This document shows, in pieces, positions 37,885 through 52,113 of a stretch of 64,000 bases of DNA. The DNA lies in contig NW_026866030.1 of the NCBI RefSeq assembly GCF_026571515.1, positions 186,001-250,000 on the forward strand. Reading direction: 5' to 3'. How positions within the stretch are numbered: position 1 is the first letter of the stretch; each line of letters starts with the position of its first letter. The translations under genes were made by a program, and so were the position numbers. A model generated the notes under the pieces. The model had not been told where the DNA came from and did not search any database. It saw only the letters and a list, made by a program, of their open reading frames with translations. Source of the stretch: Ruditapes philippinarum (taxonomy: Eukaryota).

Positions 37885-39583
37885 CTTTCACAAGTACTTG
37901 AGGTACCAATTAATCCTTGAACATTTCAGTTTAAATGCCCAAGTCATCTAAGAGAATACTGTGTCAGCTCTGTATACAATACAGTGGTCTATAGTAGGTC
38001 TAAGCCAGTAAAGATGTATTGCTTCAACTTTGAAGCAAGGTTTTTTTTCATAATCATAATGGCAGCATTTAAGTAAATGATGAATAATTCATATGGGTGC
38101 AACAACAAGCTCATTATATTGCAAAATTTTATTTATAAATTTATTCACTTATAGTTTCAATTATCATTGACTTGCTCTCTACACATATACTTCACAACAT
38201 ATTATAAATATCAAAATGTTCAATTTTTATAGGTTCATGTGGTGCTTTAAATACTGGATTATTTAATGAGATACTTTTTTAACTCAGTTCCAATTAAGAT
38301 TTTCATGGCAGGGGCCTTTTTGAACAATACTGAAATGCAATAATGAAATGTTCAGTTCATAAGTTCATAAAAATCTTGACTTGATTTTCTTTTAAATTCC
38401 TATTAATTAAATCGGCCATTCATTGAATGTTTCCTTAAACCGTGTCTTTCCTGCACAACAAGCTTTTGAAAAAAAATCACTGTTTGCTTGAAGAGAAAAA
38501 GTGTCCATCCAATAGTGGAACTTTTAGATGCAAGAATTCACGAAAATACATCATCCAGTGACTGAGAACCTGAAATAACAAAAAAAAATACATAATAATT
38601 ATATAAGACTTAAAATGATGTTAAATTACTAGTCTATATAGTCTGCATGAACTCAATATAATCATTATTTAATGGAAGCAAATAAAGTTATCATAAACAG
38701 CAATTTTAATGAACTTCAACACACGGCGGCACGAAATACCCTAACATACCCAAATCTGTTTTAATCAGTGATTTTTTTTTCAATTTTCCAAAAAACCTGG
38801 CTTTAAGGTGAAAATATAGAGTGATAAAGCAAAAAAAGGGGGAGAACCTGAAATCAAATTCCAGTAAATGAAAATGGACTTTACCCACAGATTTGATGTG
38901 AAAAAAAATAATATCAATTCAGTACATAGCAGAGGCTGTATAGGGGCAGATTTCTATCCTCTAGGTGATATAAGTCAGATGCAGATTCTGTTAAGTCATG
39001 GTTCTGGGAAAGAAGAATACAAGGCATTTTAGGGGAAAAATTAAATATTAGCATTTTTGGGGGAAAATATACCTATTTTGGGCTAGGGGAAACAGCCTTT
39101 CTACAACTGTAATATACAGTGAAAAAAATCACTGCAAATGCACCCAAACATAGCAATATAAATTTTTGTTTGTATAAAATTAGATTATAATAATAAAATG
39201 TTTGATATTAATAAAATAATATGACCTAGCAGGCTATAACTTTCATTAATTTCGTTGAAATGGGCAGTTCTGATGTTGTTAGAAAATAAACTTGTGACAT
39301 TTGCTTACCTAGGTTCATTAATGAATATACATGTGATTTAAAATTAAGGTATATATATTGTCTATATTTAAATGTTAATTGTAAAATTTTGTTAAAAATT
39401 CATACAAGTGTCCATTTAAAATTAATAGCTTTAATGGAGTATACTGTATTTGGGTATATTTTGGTTCAAAACACAATGATAAGAAAATGTATATTTGGGT
39501 ATTTTTGAATATACCTTTTTAAGGCTTAGTGAGAGTGTATATTGTAAATCATAATTAAAGTCTTAAACATTTATTTTTTAGTA

Positions 39584-39915
39584 TATTTCAAATTTTGGGT
39601 ATTAATATTTGGGTATTTCATGCATGCCGAACATACATATGAGCCGCATCACGACAAAACCAACATAAAGGGTTTGCGACCAGCATGGATCCAGACCAGT
39701 CTGCACATCTGCGCTGATGTGCAGAATCCATGCTGTTCGCAAACCAACTCTATAAAAAGTAGAGAAACTGATAGCGAACAGCATGGATCCTGATCGTGCA
39801 GGCTGGTCTGGATCCATGCTGGTCGCAAACCCTTTATGTTGGTTTTGTCCTGACGCGGCTCATATGTATGTTTGGCATGCATGAAATACCCAAATATTAC
39901 CCAAAATTTGAAATA
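39584..39915. repeat. Long foldback: MITE plus inverted flanks
   Basis: Arms of roughly 120 bp, near-perfect (catgcatgcc.aacatacatatgagccgc / gcggctcatatgtatgtt.ggcatgcatg). Confidence 0.9.
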
Positions 39916-41299
39916 AACGCTAAACTACCAAAGCATCTCCTGGGGATCAAACCTATGCCAGAGGTAACTGGATTAGAAATCATCAACTCTAACCCCTCGA
40001 CCACAGAGGCAGTCAAATACACATCATACATGATAAAAGACTAAGAGATGCTACGATATTTTACATGTTCCTACACACACACATATATATATATATATAA
40101 GAATATCTCCTGGACAAGACCCTGCTGTATATTTCAGGGGGAGGGGGGTTACTTGAATGTATCAATTAAAATACTAATGTACAATAAAGAAAACAGATGA
40201 AGATTTTATAGACAATAAGGTCTTTTCCATGATAAAGTGATATTAAAATCACGAAGTTTAAAGGTTACAAACCTGTAAATCCTCAACATCAACGGTGTTG
40301 TTCATATAAAAGTAATCCAGTGTGCCCATTTTTATATAAGCTTCCGGTTGAAGATGTGCTTTCATGCAGTGTCATCGTCGTTTTTATTTAACCAATTAAA
40401 CACTTCATTGTTTATAACTGGTAACAGTTACCGGAAGTTATTGTTGAAGAGTTTGTGGATCATAATATAATAGCATGTAAACAAGATGTTTAGTCTACTT
40501 CAATCATAGTTGTAAACTCGCGAATTCCGGTTACAAATCACATACGTAACCACAACAAAACATATGCGCATTTAGCCAATGCTATGGTATCTCTTGAGTC
40601 TGTTAATCATTTGTCTTCTAAATGTTCGCCTCCAATAGTGGCAATATTTTAGGAAAATTGAGCTTAAACGATGTAAACATTCGACCTGTGACGCGCGACT
40701 TTTACGGAACATTACATCGATTATCGCCCTTCAAATTAGCAAATAAGCATATAAAATCATTTTTGAACGAAAAATATTTCAATTAACACGCATGTACATC
40801 GTAAGATATATACTTGCCCGAGAAAATGGCGTCTTTGATGAATCAATCTAAATTCCTTATTTCTAAGAGCAAAGTTAAGGTTGCTATGTGGCTTCCTTAA
40901 AGTTAAGGACTAAAAATCATATTTTTAAGGAAAAACTTAAGATAAGACGTTTATTAAATATCACTTAAGATTTTTCTTAGAAAAAACGCTGACTTTAAGA
41001 TTTTCTTATCTTTGAGGTCATATTTAAGGATAAGATTAACTTAAGATGTATATTGAATACGGGCCCAGCTTCCATTTTGGGGACTATTCATTTTCAATAT
41101 TTGGGATATTGAGATGAAAATTTGAAATTTGGTCATGCAACAGTATAGTGCCTTGTCGGACTGCACAAATGTGCATACTGGTCTCAGGCTGTATTATACT
41201 GCGGTGACCTTGGCTTATTACATTTTGTTCTTTTAATCAGACATAGCAAAAATATGAAATGGATATCATTAAAATTTGAAATTATGTATGTAGGGTAAT

Positions 41300-41705
41300 G
41301 TTGTGGAAAGTCATTCTGGGCATTTAAAAAAAAAATTCCTGTAAGAATGTGATTATTGAAATTCATTCTGGGCGTTTAAGAAAAACAGTTACTATTTCCT
41401 GTAAGAATATGTGGAAATTCATTGTGGGCCTTTAAGAAAAACTATTTTCTGTATGAATATGTAAAAATTTGTTGTGGGCCTTTAAGAAAATCTATTTCCT
41501 GTATGAATATGTGAACATTTGTTGTGGGCCATTAAGAAAAACTATTTCCTGTATGAATATATGGAAATTTGTTGTTGGCCTTTAAGAAAAACTATTTCCT
41601 GTATGAATATATGGAAATTTGTTGTTGGCCTTTAAGAAAAACTATTTCCTGTAAGAATATATGGAAATTTGTTGTGGGCCTTTAAGATAAACTATTTGCT
41701 ATAAG
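41300..41705. repeat. 50-bp minisatellite, about 8 copies
   Basis: actatttcct recurs at 41541, 41591 and 41641. Confidence 0.9.
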
Positions 41706-43869
41706 AATTGGCTATAATATGAGGAGATTGATTGATGTAAGGGAAAATATTGATAAGCTGCAATGTTTTTTAACTTCTATACGCCTAGCATGCATGTATT
41801 TTATCAGATAAAAGATTAACGTTGATGTATGCTTAGCCAAGTAGACAATTCTTAATCTGCCTGTGTTGCTGAACACTACTTTTACTTTCAAGGTCATAAA
41901 TAAGGTGCATCTCAATGCACAGGTACAAAAAGAATATAAAATTTTAAGAGTTTCGCAGACATTTTTATAAGGTTTTAACAGAGAAGTTTATATGTTTTCA
42001 GAGAGATTTTGTTTGGTCTAAAAGAGAGGTTTTGAGGGTTTCATAGATTGTTATAGGGTTTTACTAAAAAATCTTTATAGAGATTTTTTAAGTGTTTGTG
42101 GAGATTTTTTTTGTGATATTTTATAATGTAGCTATGTCAGTGTAAAGTTATTAATTATGTAATCAGTGCTGACACGGCCAAGTGAGTCATGACAGTAGCT
42201 CTGCTTATTAAAAATTCTTTTTTCTAAAAATGTAATTTTGAAAATCTCCAGTAATAGCAAACAAACATATTTTATTTTGGCCTTATATAAATCTGTTTAA
42301 TTGGTACCATGAAGCATTTATTGTGTTATATTTTTCTTATTACTCACAGAAAGTTAGATAATAAGAAAAAAAGGTTATTATAACATTAAAAACTTGCATA
42401 AAAACCAGCATTAAAACCAGCATAAAGCAAAAATTTCTTTTAAGAATTTTGAATGTAAATTTTATGATAATGAAATAATAAGATACAGGGATTTCCTCTG
42501 AGATTAAAGGCAAAAAAAGAGTGTTGTTAACAAACAAAAAGGTATTGCATTCTTATCTGATTAAGTGTTTTTTTTGTAAAATTATGTATAGAAACCCCAT
42601 AAAATCATTTCTTGAGAAATATCCTCCAAACCCTAAACCCCCCCCCCCCAACAATACATAGCATGGTATATGCATGCATTTGCATTTTTTTTAAAATTTT
42701 TGAACTGTTGTAAAGAAAAATGTTGATTATAATAAAGACATTTATAAGCCAATAACATATATACATTTGTGTATTTAAGAGGTGATTTTTGAATTCTGGC
42801 TAAAATTTATTTCAAATACTGAGCTTTGAAATAAGAACATGGTCTTTTAAGACAGATGGCCATTAAGCACAGGTATGTAAAACTAGCAGATTTAAAAGGA
42901 GGACATCTATAGTGAATTTCCTTTTGTTCAGTTTTGAATAAGGAACAGGTATTTAGTTTAAGGACTATTTTCATAATTGTCTTAAATAAAATCAAAGAAA
43001 TTTTTGATATTCTTCAGGTTATATTTTATCTTTTATAATATAAGAAACAAATAATAAATTGGAAATGGCCTTGATGATAGCACATACTATATTTCTTACA
43101 AATATCTCTGAATTTGTTTTTATTTTTTTTTGTCTTTCGGTTTATAAGTATTAGTTGTATTGAGTCATATGGCACCTGAACATAAAACACCAATATGGTG
43201 ATTAATTTTTCCGGATTGAACTTTTCGTCAGCTTTCAATGTAAGAACATGTCTTACCTGGAATACTTGATTCATATCTATATAGTTGTACAGAGAATAAA
43301 GTAGTGAATAAAGTTTGTGGTCGTGATATCCGACTTGTAAAATGCACTTGCTGTTTTTATTGAATGATAAGTGTGCACTTGTAAGCGATCAAAATCCATG
43401 TAATGTTCGAAAGTATTGAAACCCTGCAGTGGGTAATGTTTTTTTGAAAATGAAAATGAGTTTTGCAAATAAGATTTTGTTCCAAAATATGTTCATGCAT
43501 TGCTTTTGGAGATACAGATAATTACTAGAAGAAAGGTAATATTTTGTTATATTTGTAGTTTAAATAGGCTATTTTTTTTATTAACAATGGTGATTATGAT
43601 GAATTTATAATGATGCTTATATTGATTATGTAAGTGAAATGTATTCCAGTGTTATAAAGATAATAGTGCTAGACCTTTAAAATATAATCTAAAAGAATAA
43701 TTCAAGTTTTAATATTAGTAGAATGCACAGTCTTTATGATTAATTATCTAAGTAAAAAAAACATATCAAACTTGGTCTTACAGACCACCCCTGTATTTAG
43801 GTAACATAAAAATTTGAATCTGAAATTTGTAATCTATTGATAGCAATGGAAATTAGTTAATAAGTTTTT

Positions 43870-46800
43870 ATGAGAGACATTATGAGTTGTGTAAAATTAT
43901 CTTTTCATAAGAGACATAAATAGTGTAAAATTATCTTTTTACGAGAGATATTTTGAATAGTTCATAAGAGACATTATAAATACTGTAAATTTATCTAATC
44001 CTGAGAAACATTATGAATAATGTGAAATTATCTTTTTATAAAAAACATTATAAATTGTGTAAACTTATCAGTTCATGAGGAACATTATAAATTGTGTAAA
44101 ATCTAAAATCAGTTAATGAGAGACATTATAAATTGTGTAAAGTTATCAGAACATACGTTATAAATTGTGTAAAAAGAACATTATAAATTATGTAAAATTA
44201 TCACTTCATGATTGTGTAAAAGTATCTGTTCATGAAGAACATTATAAATTGTGTAAAATTATCAGTTCATGTAGAACTTTATAAATTGTGTAAAAGTATC
44301 TGCTCATGAAGAACATTATAAATTGTTTAAAATTATCTGTTCATGAAGAACATTATAAATTGTGTAAAATTATCAGTTCATGAAGAACATTATAAATTGT
44401 GTAAAATTATCAGTTCATGAAGAACATTATAAATTGTGTAAAATTATCAGTTCATGAAGAACATTATAAATTGTGTAAAAGTATCTGTTCATGAAGAACA
44501 TTATAAATTGTGTAAAATTATCTGTTCATGAAGAACATTATAAATTGTGTAAAAATATCAATTCATGAAGAACATTATAAATTGTGTAAAATTATCTGTT
44601 CATGAGAGACATTATAAATTGTGTAAAATTATCTTTTTATGAAGAACTTTATAAATTGTGTAAAATTATCAGTTCATGAAGAACATTATAAATTGTTTAA
44701 AATTATCTGTTCATGAAGAACATTATAAATTGTGTAAAATTATCAGTTCATGAAGAACATTATAAATTGTGTAAAAGTATCAGTTCATGAAGAACATTAT
44801 AAATTGTGTAAAATTATCAGTTCATGAAGAACATTATAAATTGTGTAAAATTATCTGCTCATGAAGAACATTATAAATTGTTTAAAATTATCTGTTCATG
44901 AAGAACATTATAAATTGTGTAAAATTATCAGTTCATGAAGAACATTATAAATTGTGTAAAATTATCTGCTCATGAAGAACATTATAAATTGTGTAAAATT
45001 ATCTGTTCATGAAGAACATTATAAATTGTGTAAAATTATCAGTTCATGAAGAACATTATAAATTGTGTAAAATTATCAGTTCATGAAGAACATTATAAAT
45101 TGTGTAAAATTATCAGTTCATGAAGAACATTATAAATTGTGTAAAAGTATCTGTTCATGAAGAACATTATAAATTGTGTAAAATTATCTGTTCATGAAGA
45201 ACATTATAAATTGTGTAAAAATATCAATTCATGAAGAACATTATAAATTGTGTAAAATTATCTGTTCATGAGAGACATTATAAATTGTGTAAAATTATCT
45301 TTTTATGAAGAACATTATAAATTGTGTAAAATTATCTTTTTATGAAGAACTTTATAAATTGTGTAAAATTATCAGTTCATGAAGAACATTTTAAATTGTA
45401 TAAAAGTATCTGTTCATAAAGAACATTATAAATTATGTAAAAATATCAATTCATGAAGAACAATATAAATTGTGTAAAATTATCTGTTCATGAGAGACAT
45501 TATAAATTGTGTAAAAATATCTGTTCATGAAGAACATTATAAATTGTGTAAAATTATCAGTTCATGTAGAACTTTATAAATTGTGTAAAAGTATCTGCTC
45601 ATGAAGACCATTATAAATTGTTTAAAATTATCTGTTCATGAAGAACATTATAAATTGTGTAAAATTATCAGTTCATGAAGAACATTATAAATTGTGTAAA
45701 AGTATCAGTTCATGAAGAACATTATAAATTGTGTAAAATTATCAGTTCATGAAGAACATTATAAATTGTGTAAAATTATCTGCTCATGAAGAACATTATA
45801 AATTGTTTAAAATTATCTGTTCATGAAGAACATTATAAATTGTGTAAAATTATCAGTTCATGAAGAACATTATAAATTGTGTAAAATTATCAGTTCATGA
45901 AGAACATTATAAATTGTGTAAAATTATCAGTTCATGAAGAACATTATAAATTGTGTAAAAGTATCTGTTCATGAAGAACATTATAAATTGTGTAAAATTA
46001 TCTGTTCATGAAGAACATTATAAATTGTGTAAAAATATCAATTCATGAAGAACATTATAAATTGTGTAAAATTATCTGTTCATGAGAGACATTATAAATT
46101 GTGTAAAATTATCTTTTTATGAAGAACTTTATAAATTGTGTAAAATTATCAGTTCATGAAGAACATTTTAAATTGTATAAAAGTATCTGTTCATAAAGAA
46201 CATTATAAATTATGTAAAAATATCAATTCATGAAGAACATTATAAATTGTGTAAAATTATCTGTTCATGAGAGACATTATAAATTGTGTAAAAATATCTG
46301 TTCATGAAGAACATTATAAATTGTGTAAAATTATCAGTTCATGTAGAACTTTATAAATTGTGTAAAAGTATCTGCTCATGAAGAACATTATAAATTGTTT
46401 AAAATTATCTGTTCATGAAGAACATTATAAATTGTGTAAAATTATCAGTTCATGAAGAACATTATAAATTGTGTAAAAGTATCTGTTCATGAAGAACATT
46501 ATAAATTGTGTAAAATTATCAGTTCATGTAGAACTTTATAAATTGTGTAAAAGTATCTGCTCATGAAGAACATTATAAATTGTTTAAAATTATCTGTTCA
46601 TGAAGAACATTATAAATTGTGTAAAATTATCTTTTTATGAAGAACATTATAAATTGTGTAAAAGTATCTGTTCATGAAGAACATTATAAATTGTGTAAAA
46701 TTATCTGTTCATGAAGAACATTATAAATTGTGTAAAAATATCAATTCATGAAGAACATTATAAATTGTGTAAAATTATCTGTTCATGAGAGACATTATAA

Positions 46801-47415
46801 ATTGTGTAAAATTATCTTTTTATGAAGAACTTTATAAATTGTGTAAAATTATCAGTTCATGAAGAACATTATAAATTGTATAAAAGTATCTGTTCATAAA
46901 GAACATTATAAATTATGTAAAAATATCAATTCATGAAGAACATTATAAATTGTGTAAAATTATCTGTTCATGAAGAACATTATAAATTGTGTAAAATTAT
47001 CAGTTCATGAAGAACATTATAAATTGTGTAAAAATATCAATTCATGAAGAACATTATAAATTGTGTAAAATTATCTGTTCATGAAGAACATTATAAATTG
47101 TGTAAAATTATCAGTTCATGTAGAACTTTATAAATTGTGTAAAAGTATCTGTTCATGAAGAACATTATAAATTGTGTAAAATTATCAGTTCATGAAGAAC
47201 ATTATAAAGTGTGTAAAAATATCAATTCATGAAGAACATTATAAATTGTGTAAAAGTATCTGTTCATGAAGAACATTATAAATTGTGTAAAATTATCTGT
47301 TCATGAAGAACATTATAAATTGTGTAAAAGTATTCTGTTCATGCAGTTCATTAGAGCCATTATAAATTGTGTAAAATTATCTGTTCATGAGAACCATTAT
47401 AAATTGTGTAAAATT
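43870..47415. repeat. 37-bp satellite array, about 90 copies
   Basis: Unit catgaagaacattataaattgtgtaaaattatc(a/t)gtt; degenerate at the left edge. Confidence 0.97.
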
Positions 47416-49029
47416 ATTATAAAAATTCTGGTCTCCTTTGCAGAATGGTTAAATTTGCTGATATTTTTTTTCAAATTAATTGTCTCTTCAAAATATTGCT
47501 TTAGGTTGACTTTGAATTGTTTTGATTGGTGATCCTACATCCGTGCACCTAGCATTATTTCAGGCACAAGTAGGACATGGCACCTCGCATGGATAAGAAT
47601 ATAGTAGCTGGAAAGTAACCATTATTAAAAATTGAAAAAAAAGAAAAGAAAAAAAAAGAAAAAGAAAACAATGTCTTAAAGAGATTTACATTATTAGACA
47701 TTGCTATGAATTATTACTTTCCACATTGTAGTTAAGCACATTAATGTAACAGCTTTTACTGTATAATTATACCTAATGTATTAAAACCATTGAATACTGG
47801 CCTGGATAATTTTACTTACAGAAAAAAAAGAGCTATAATTGTTGTGACCCACTCATCTAAGTTGTTGTTAATTAGCTTTTTTGTTAACGTCCCTTTTCCC
47901 AGAAACTATCCAAGCTATTCACTTTAAACATGTTCAATCCTAAAATTAAAAAGTTATGCCCCTTTTTGGTCGACTAATTATACTAAGAAAAAATTGAGCA
48001 TGCTGTCCTCTGAAAGGCCTGAACTTACAAAAATCCATGATTTAGTGGCAGAAACCTTTACCATTATGTGCTATCACTACATTCTAATATAATTTCTGTA
48101 GCCATTTTAAATATATTTTTATCAGCAGCTAACCACTATGCAGCAGCAGACTATATTATAATGTTGGCTATTTGATTATTGTAATCCCCCAAAAAATATT
48201 AATGGACTGTTCTGTATTCAAAACGGGGCAAGTCTATTTAGAAAAATTCATTATATTACAGCTGACATTTTACATAAGAGTTGTAATGTTACATTCCTGC
48301 AACAAGACATTAATCCCTTACAGCACATTTATTACAAGTTTTATGAAAATGTTTGATTGAATTTACCACATGCTTGTGCCAATGATAATAAAGCTTTCAA
48401 GTTTTTGTATAATAAATGTTTCAATAAATAAATCCCAGACATACATTAACATATGGATGGGTTTTTTACCTGGCTTGAATGAATTAATAATGCCATAAAA
48501 ACATCAGAATGTAATTTATCTCTCCCACCGTCATGAGGCTTTGTAAGTTGGGCTTTGAACCCAGGAACCACTTGGCCACTGTTCCTACATGAGAAATTGT
48601 TGTGATGGTACTTAATTAAAAGGATGCAAATACATGTATTATGGAGCAATATTAAAAACATGTAAGAAAACTCAGAAATTTCTTCTTTGAGAATGAATTC
48701 AAGGGAAATAATTATCTCTTTTAAGAATTAACTCAATTAAAATAATTTGAGGGCAAAGTGATACACAGTTGTAATCAATTCTTTATATTAATCAATTCTT
48801 TATATTATTAAGTCTTTGCCTTACAACAGTGTTTGTAAACGTTGTTTCTCCTTTAACTGAATTCTCAGAAAAATTGCTTGTTGTTTTTTTTATTTTCAGT
48901 GTTTTATTGGCACTAACATGTTAAAACCATTTATTTTCATCTTGTTCCTGTAATAGTTGATTGAATCTGCATGAGGAAATATCTTTTGAAGTAAATGTTG
49001 TAACTCTCAATCTCTTGAAAGTATGGAAG

Positions 49030-50330
49030 CCTTGAAACGCTATTGTTAATTTGCTGAAAAAAACTGCAGGAAGTCTCAGAGGATGCTATTGTTGTTTTGG
49101 CTTAAAACCTATTTGAAGCCTTATGGTTTGGCTTAAAAATGGTGTGAAGCATGGACATGCTATTGCTGATTTCTTAAAAACTATCTGGCCTAAACGTGTT
49201 ATTATTGATTTGTCTTCAAGAAGACACAGGTTATGCTGATGTTAGTTTGGCTTAAAAATAGAAATTTTGAAGCCTGATAGTGCATTTTTTTTACAAATTT
49301 TGAAACCTGATAGTGCATAAAAATGGTGTGGAGTATACAGATGCTATTGTTGATTTGGCTTCAAAACTATTTGATCTTTGAGTACTATTTTTCACTTGGC
49401 TAAAAAATGGTGTGAAGCATGGACATGCTCTTGTGGATTTGCTTAAAAAACCATTTGGCCTAAAGTTGTTTTTGTTGATTTGTCTTAAAAAACTTCAGGA
49501 AGACTCAGGATATGCTGATGTTGATTTGGCTTTAAAATATTTAAAGCCTAACATTTAAGGGCGTAAAAATGGTGTGCAGCATGTAGATGCTATTGTTCAA
49601 AACCATTTGACCTTAAGGTACTAATTTTGATTTGGCTTAAAACTTATTTGAAGCCTGAAGGTACTATTTGTTGATTTTACTTAAAAACCATTTGGCCTTA
49701 ATGTGCTGTTGTTGATTTGGCTTCCAAACCATTTAGCCTAAATATGCTATTGTTGATTTGGTTTCCTTAAAAATGCTTCTGTTAATTTGGCTTCAAAACC
49801 ATTTGGCCTTATCATGCTGTTGTTGATTTTGCTTCAAAACCATTTAACCTTAATATGCTGTTGTTGATTTGGCCATAAGGTGCTATTGTTGATTTGGCTT
49901 AAAACCATTTGGCCATAAGGTGCTATTGTTGATTTGGCTTAAAACCATTTGGCCATAATGTGCTATTGTTGATTTGGCTTAAAACCATTTGGCCATAAGA
50001 TGCTATTGTTGATTTGGCTTAAAACCATTTGGCCATAAGGTGCTATTGTTGATTTGGCTTAAAAACTAAGCAAAGTCTGGTGATGCATTGATTGGCTTAA
50101 AAACTATTTGGAGTCAAAAAGTGCAATAATTGTTCATTTGGCTTAAAGATGATGTAAAGTCTGGAGATGCTATTGTTGTCTTAAAGATTATTGGAAACCA
50201 GGAGGTGCTATTTAGATTAAGCTTAAAATTTATGGGAAGCCTTAAAGTGTTATTTTGATTTGGCTGAACAACTATGGGAAGCTTAAGGTGGTAGTGTTAA
50301 TCTGACTTAAGAACTGTTAAAGGCCTAAAT
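49030..50330. repeat. 40-bp minisatellite with a homogeneous core and degenerate flanks
   Basis: tgctattgttgatttggcttaaaaccatttggccataagg, exact 40-bp period over 49881-50060. Confidence 0.9.
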
Positions 50331-50426
50331 ATACTGTTTTATATTATTGAAGAAGACTGTTGGTTCCAGCATTGAAATATTTTAAATTTACCATACCTTA
50401 TTTAAAAGCTAAAAAAATTTTTTTTA

Positions 50427-52113
50427 TTTTTAGCTCGACTATTCGATAAGAATAAGTAGAGCTTTTGTAGTCACCTGAGCGTCGGCGTCGGCGTAACCAC
50501 TTACGTTAAAGTTTTTGTAATACCTCAAATATTTTCAAAGTCCATTGACATATGGCTTTGAAACTTTGCACACTTGTTCACCATCATGACCCCAACCTGC
50601 AGACAGGAGGAGATAACTGTATCAAGCATTTTGACAGACTTATGCCCCTTTTTCGACTTAGAATTTACGTTAAAGTTTTTGTAATACACTTCAGCCTCAT
50701 TAAAACGCTCATGTTGGGGTCAAATGTCTCAACACCGCGTTCTAACGAGGCTCTCATTAGAACGCTCATTGCGAAATTACCGCATTACCCCACCCACTAC
50801 ATATATATTATAACGCTGATTTTTTTTACTTACTGTTCAATGAATATCGACATTATCTTTTTCTAAAACCATTCAATTATGTAAACATATATTATATTCA
50901 CAAATAATACTAATTATATTCAAAAGAAAGGAAAAACTTTCGAAAGAAAATTATAAATCATGAATGAAGTGTAAACAGTAAGCCATTACTGTAATGGCGT
51001 TAGATTAATTAGGGGACACAACTAAAGCTGGACTGTTAATTACATTGTAATTTACAGTCCAGCTTTAGTTGTGTCCCCTAGTAAATCAAACGCCAATTAC
51101 TTCCTGTCAATTGGCCGCTTTATTTACAGTGCAGGATTTTAAATTGATTTTGGGCTTGTGGGTTATTTCATTCAGCGAGGTTTACATGTCAAAGATATGT
51201 GTGTGAATTTTAGTTTATTTATACTCACCACCGGTTGCCATTGTCACAGTTATGATATGAATTTGAGATTTTGGAAACAATTTGAAGACAGGTAAAACAA
51301 CAAAAGAGCGGATAAACGCTTACCTGGGCATGTTTTTCACACCTTTGCCGCTCATAAATGTCCTAATAACAATTGTTTATTGTACTTGACTATCAAATTG
51401 AGCAAGTGTTATAGCGCGCTATAAATCTAAGTCTTCTTAAAAAAAAAAAATATTTTTTTTTGGGAAGTTTTTTTTTTTTTTTTGGGGAGCCAAGGTCTAT
51501 GAGCGCTATACTGAGATAAGCGCTATACTGAAGAGCGAGTTATCGAGGCTACAGTGTACCTCAAATATTTTCAAAGTCCATTGACATATGGCTTTGAAAC
51601 TTTGCACACTTGTTCACCATCATGACCCCAACCTGTAGACAGGAGGAGATTACTGTATCAAGCATTTTGACAGAGTTATGCCCCTTTTTCGACTTAGAAT
51701 TTACGTTAAAGTTTTTGTAATACCTCTAATATTTTCAAAGTCCATTGACATATGGCTTTAAAACTTTGCACACTTGTTCACCATCATGACCCCAATCCGT
51801 ACACAGTAGGAGATAACTGTATCAAGCATTTTGACAGAATTGTACCCCTTTTCTGACTTAGAATTTACGTTAAAGTTTGCATACCACCTCAGATATTTTC
51901 ATATACTATTGACATCTGGCTTTGAAACAAGTTGAAATTTTATACTCTTCTTTAAGAGCATAATAGGACTCTCTTCAAGGCCTATAACAGTAACATGGAT
52001 TTAAAGGAAAATTTGGCCCATTTGTTAACTTAGAAAATTTTACATTATCAAGGCTCTTTTACTATCAAGCACTAAGAATAGTCGAGCGTTGCTGTCCTAC
52101 CGACAGCTCTTGT
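50427..52113 (+). mobile_element. Family E tandem-core non-autonomous element with a nested MITE
   Basis: ttttagctcgactattc...cgtcgg microsatellite...~165-bp cores...aatagtcgagcg and a 3' hairpin ending ctcttgtt. Confidence 0.85.
50687..51556. mobile_element. Tc1/mariner-type MITE
   Basis: Splits the host core gtaata|cctcaaat with TA duplicated. TIR cact(tc/gt)agcctc. Internal hairpin at 50991-51100. Confidence 0.85.

Larger units (their letters stand above)
28641..41065. mobile_element. PIF/Harbinger DNA transposon, apparently full length (12.4 kb)
   Basis: Perfect 26-bp TIR ggcccgtattcaatatacatcttaag (28641-28666 and 41040-41065). Subterminal tcttatcctta/cttaag repeats. Encloses a Myb/SANT gene and a DDE transposase gene. 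Flanks cta/cag are not a perfect TSD. Confidence 0.93.

Noticed and set aside
43870-47415. 37-bp repeats as a CRISPR array
   Set aside because: Head-to-tail units without unique spacers, no cas genes, eukaryotic context. The same applies to the 32-, 39-, 40- and 50-bp arrays.
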